Origin: an uncultured Dehalococcoidaceae bacterium | GTDB taxonomy: Bacteria > Chloroflexota > Dehalococcoidia > UBA2979 | Assembly (NCBI GenBank): GCA_964349785.1 | Contig: CAYGHU010000001.1 | Span: 1-44,210, forward strand | DNA length: 44,210 nucleotides | Direction of reading: 5' to 3' | Shown: piece by piece, positions 44,168 through 44,210 of the stretch | Layout of the letters: the number at the start of each line of letters is the position of its first letter | How positions within the stretch are numbered: position 1 is the first letter of the stretch | Notes under the pieces: model-generated | Database searches by the model: none | Seen by the model: the letters and a program-made list of their open reading frames with translations, nothing else | What the model was told of the DNA's origin: nothing | Translations under genes and position numbers: made by a program

Positions 44168-44210
44168 AAGGGGCGCAGTGTCCTCGCTGCAGGAGAAGCC
44201 TTACCTGCAC
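44164..44210 (+). CDS. 5' end of a zinc-finger protein (MKGAQCPRCRRSLTC...), truncated by the window edge
   Basis: ATGA overlap with the upstream gene. CxxC at once. Confidence 0.4.
   Translation, partial: MKGAQCPRCRRSLTC

Larger units (their letters stand above)
1..44210. mobile_element. Temperate tailed-phage genome segment in non-integrated gene order, podovirus-like (no tape measure/tube/sheath seen)
   Basis: Contiguous phage modules (terminase, portal, capsid, fibre, integrase, immunity switch, RecT module). int plus a tRNA-like att core lie internally at 35.6-36.6 kb with phage genes on both sides. Confidence 0.85.

Noticed and set aside
44164-44210. Joining the last partial ORF (MKGAQCPRCRRSLTC...) to the first partial ORF (…CPSCAWES…) as one gene across a circular junction
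   Set aside because: Both are CxxC-rich, which is suggestive. However, a direct end-to-start join puts the downstream part in window frame 2 (Arg-rich) rather than frame 1. The window ends cannot be shown to be contiguous.

Overview
High-GC (~63%) window that is phage DNA throughout. It looks like a temperate tailed phage in non-integrated gene order, because the tyrosine integrase and a tRNA-3'-half attP core lie inside the gene map rather than at an end. Genes are tightly packed, with many ATGA/GTGA/TAATG start-stop overlaps. Modules: (i) 1-1798 (+) a Cys-rich zinc-finger protein tail and a RepA/AAA_25-type ATPase. (ii) 1795-5950 (-) one long leftward operon of about 17 mostly tiny Cys-rich or membrane proteins, ending in an Xis/MerR-like HTH, an amidase endolysin cassette and RusA. 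(iii) 5984-6590, a 600-bp divergent control region full of iterated motifs. (iv) 6591-35469 (+) the packaging and virion operon: TerS-like, an unusual 2.9-kb island of small genes, TerL, portal, three large virion-module proteins (647, 481 and 1679 aa), scaffold-like, major capsid, head/tail proteins, fibre, XhlA-like. No tape-measure, tube or sheath gene is recognisable, so the phage appears podovirus-like. (v) 35572-38016 integrase, attP, ImmA/XRE and a divergent Cro-like gene (immunity switch). (vi) 38016-44210 (+) an early operon with DUF2303-like, PD-(D/E)XK exonuclease, RecT and small proteins. Most notable observations: a canonical DnaJ-type J-domain (HPD) inside the 1679-aa virion-module protein; a [AG]TAGGGAAACGG-type motif array bracketing terS in opposed orientations, plus two 58-bp hairpin repeats whose 12-mer core is inverted between copies; an 11-mer shared between that region and the inverted repeats flanking the attP core; a small-gene island with an antisense HTH gene between terS and terL; and a reading-frame break at an A5 run that coincides with one motif copy. 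All functional calls come from motifs read by eye. No database search was run.
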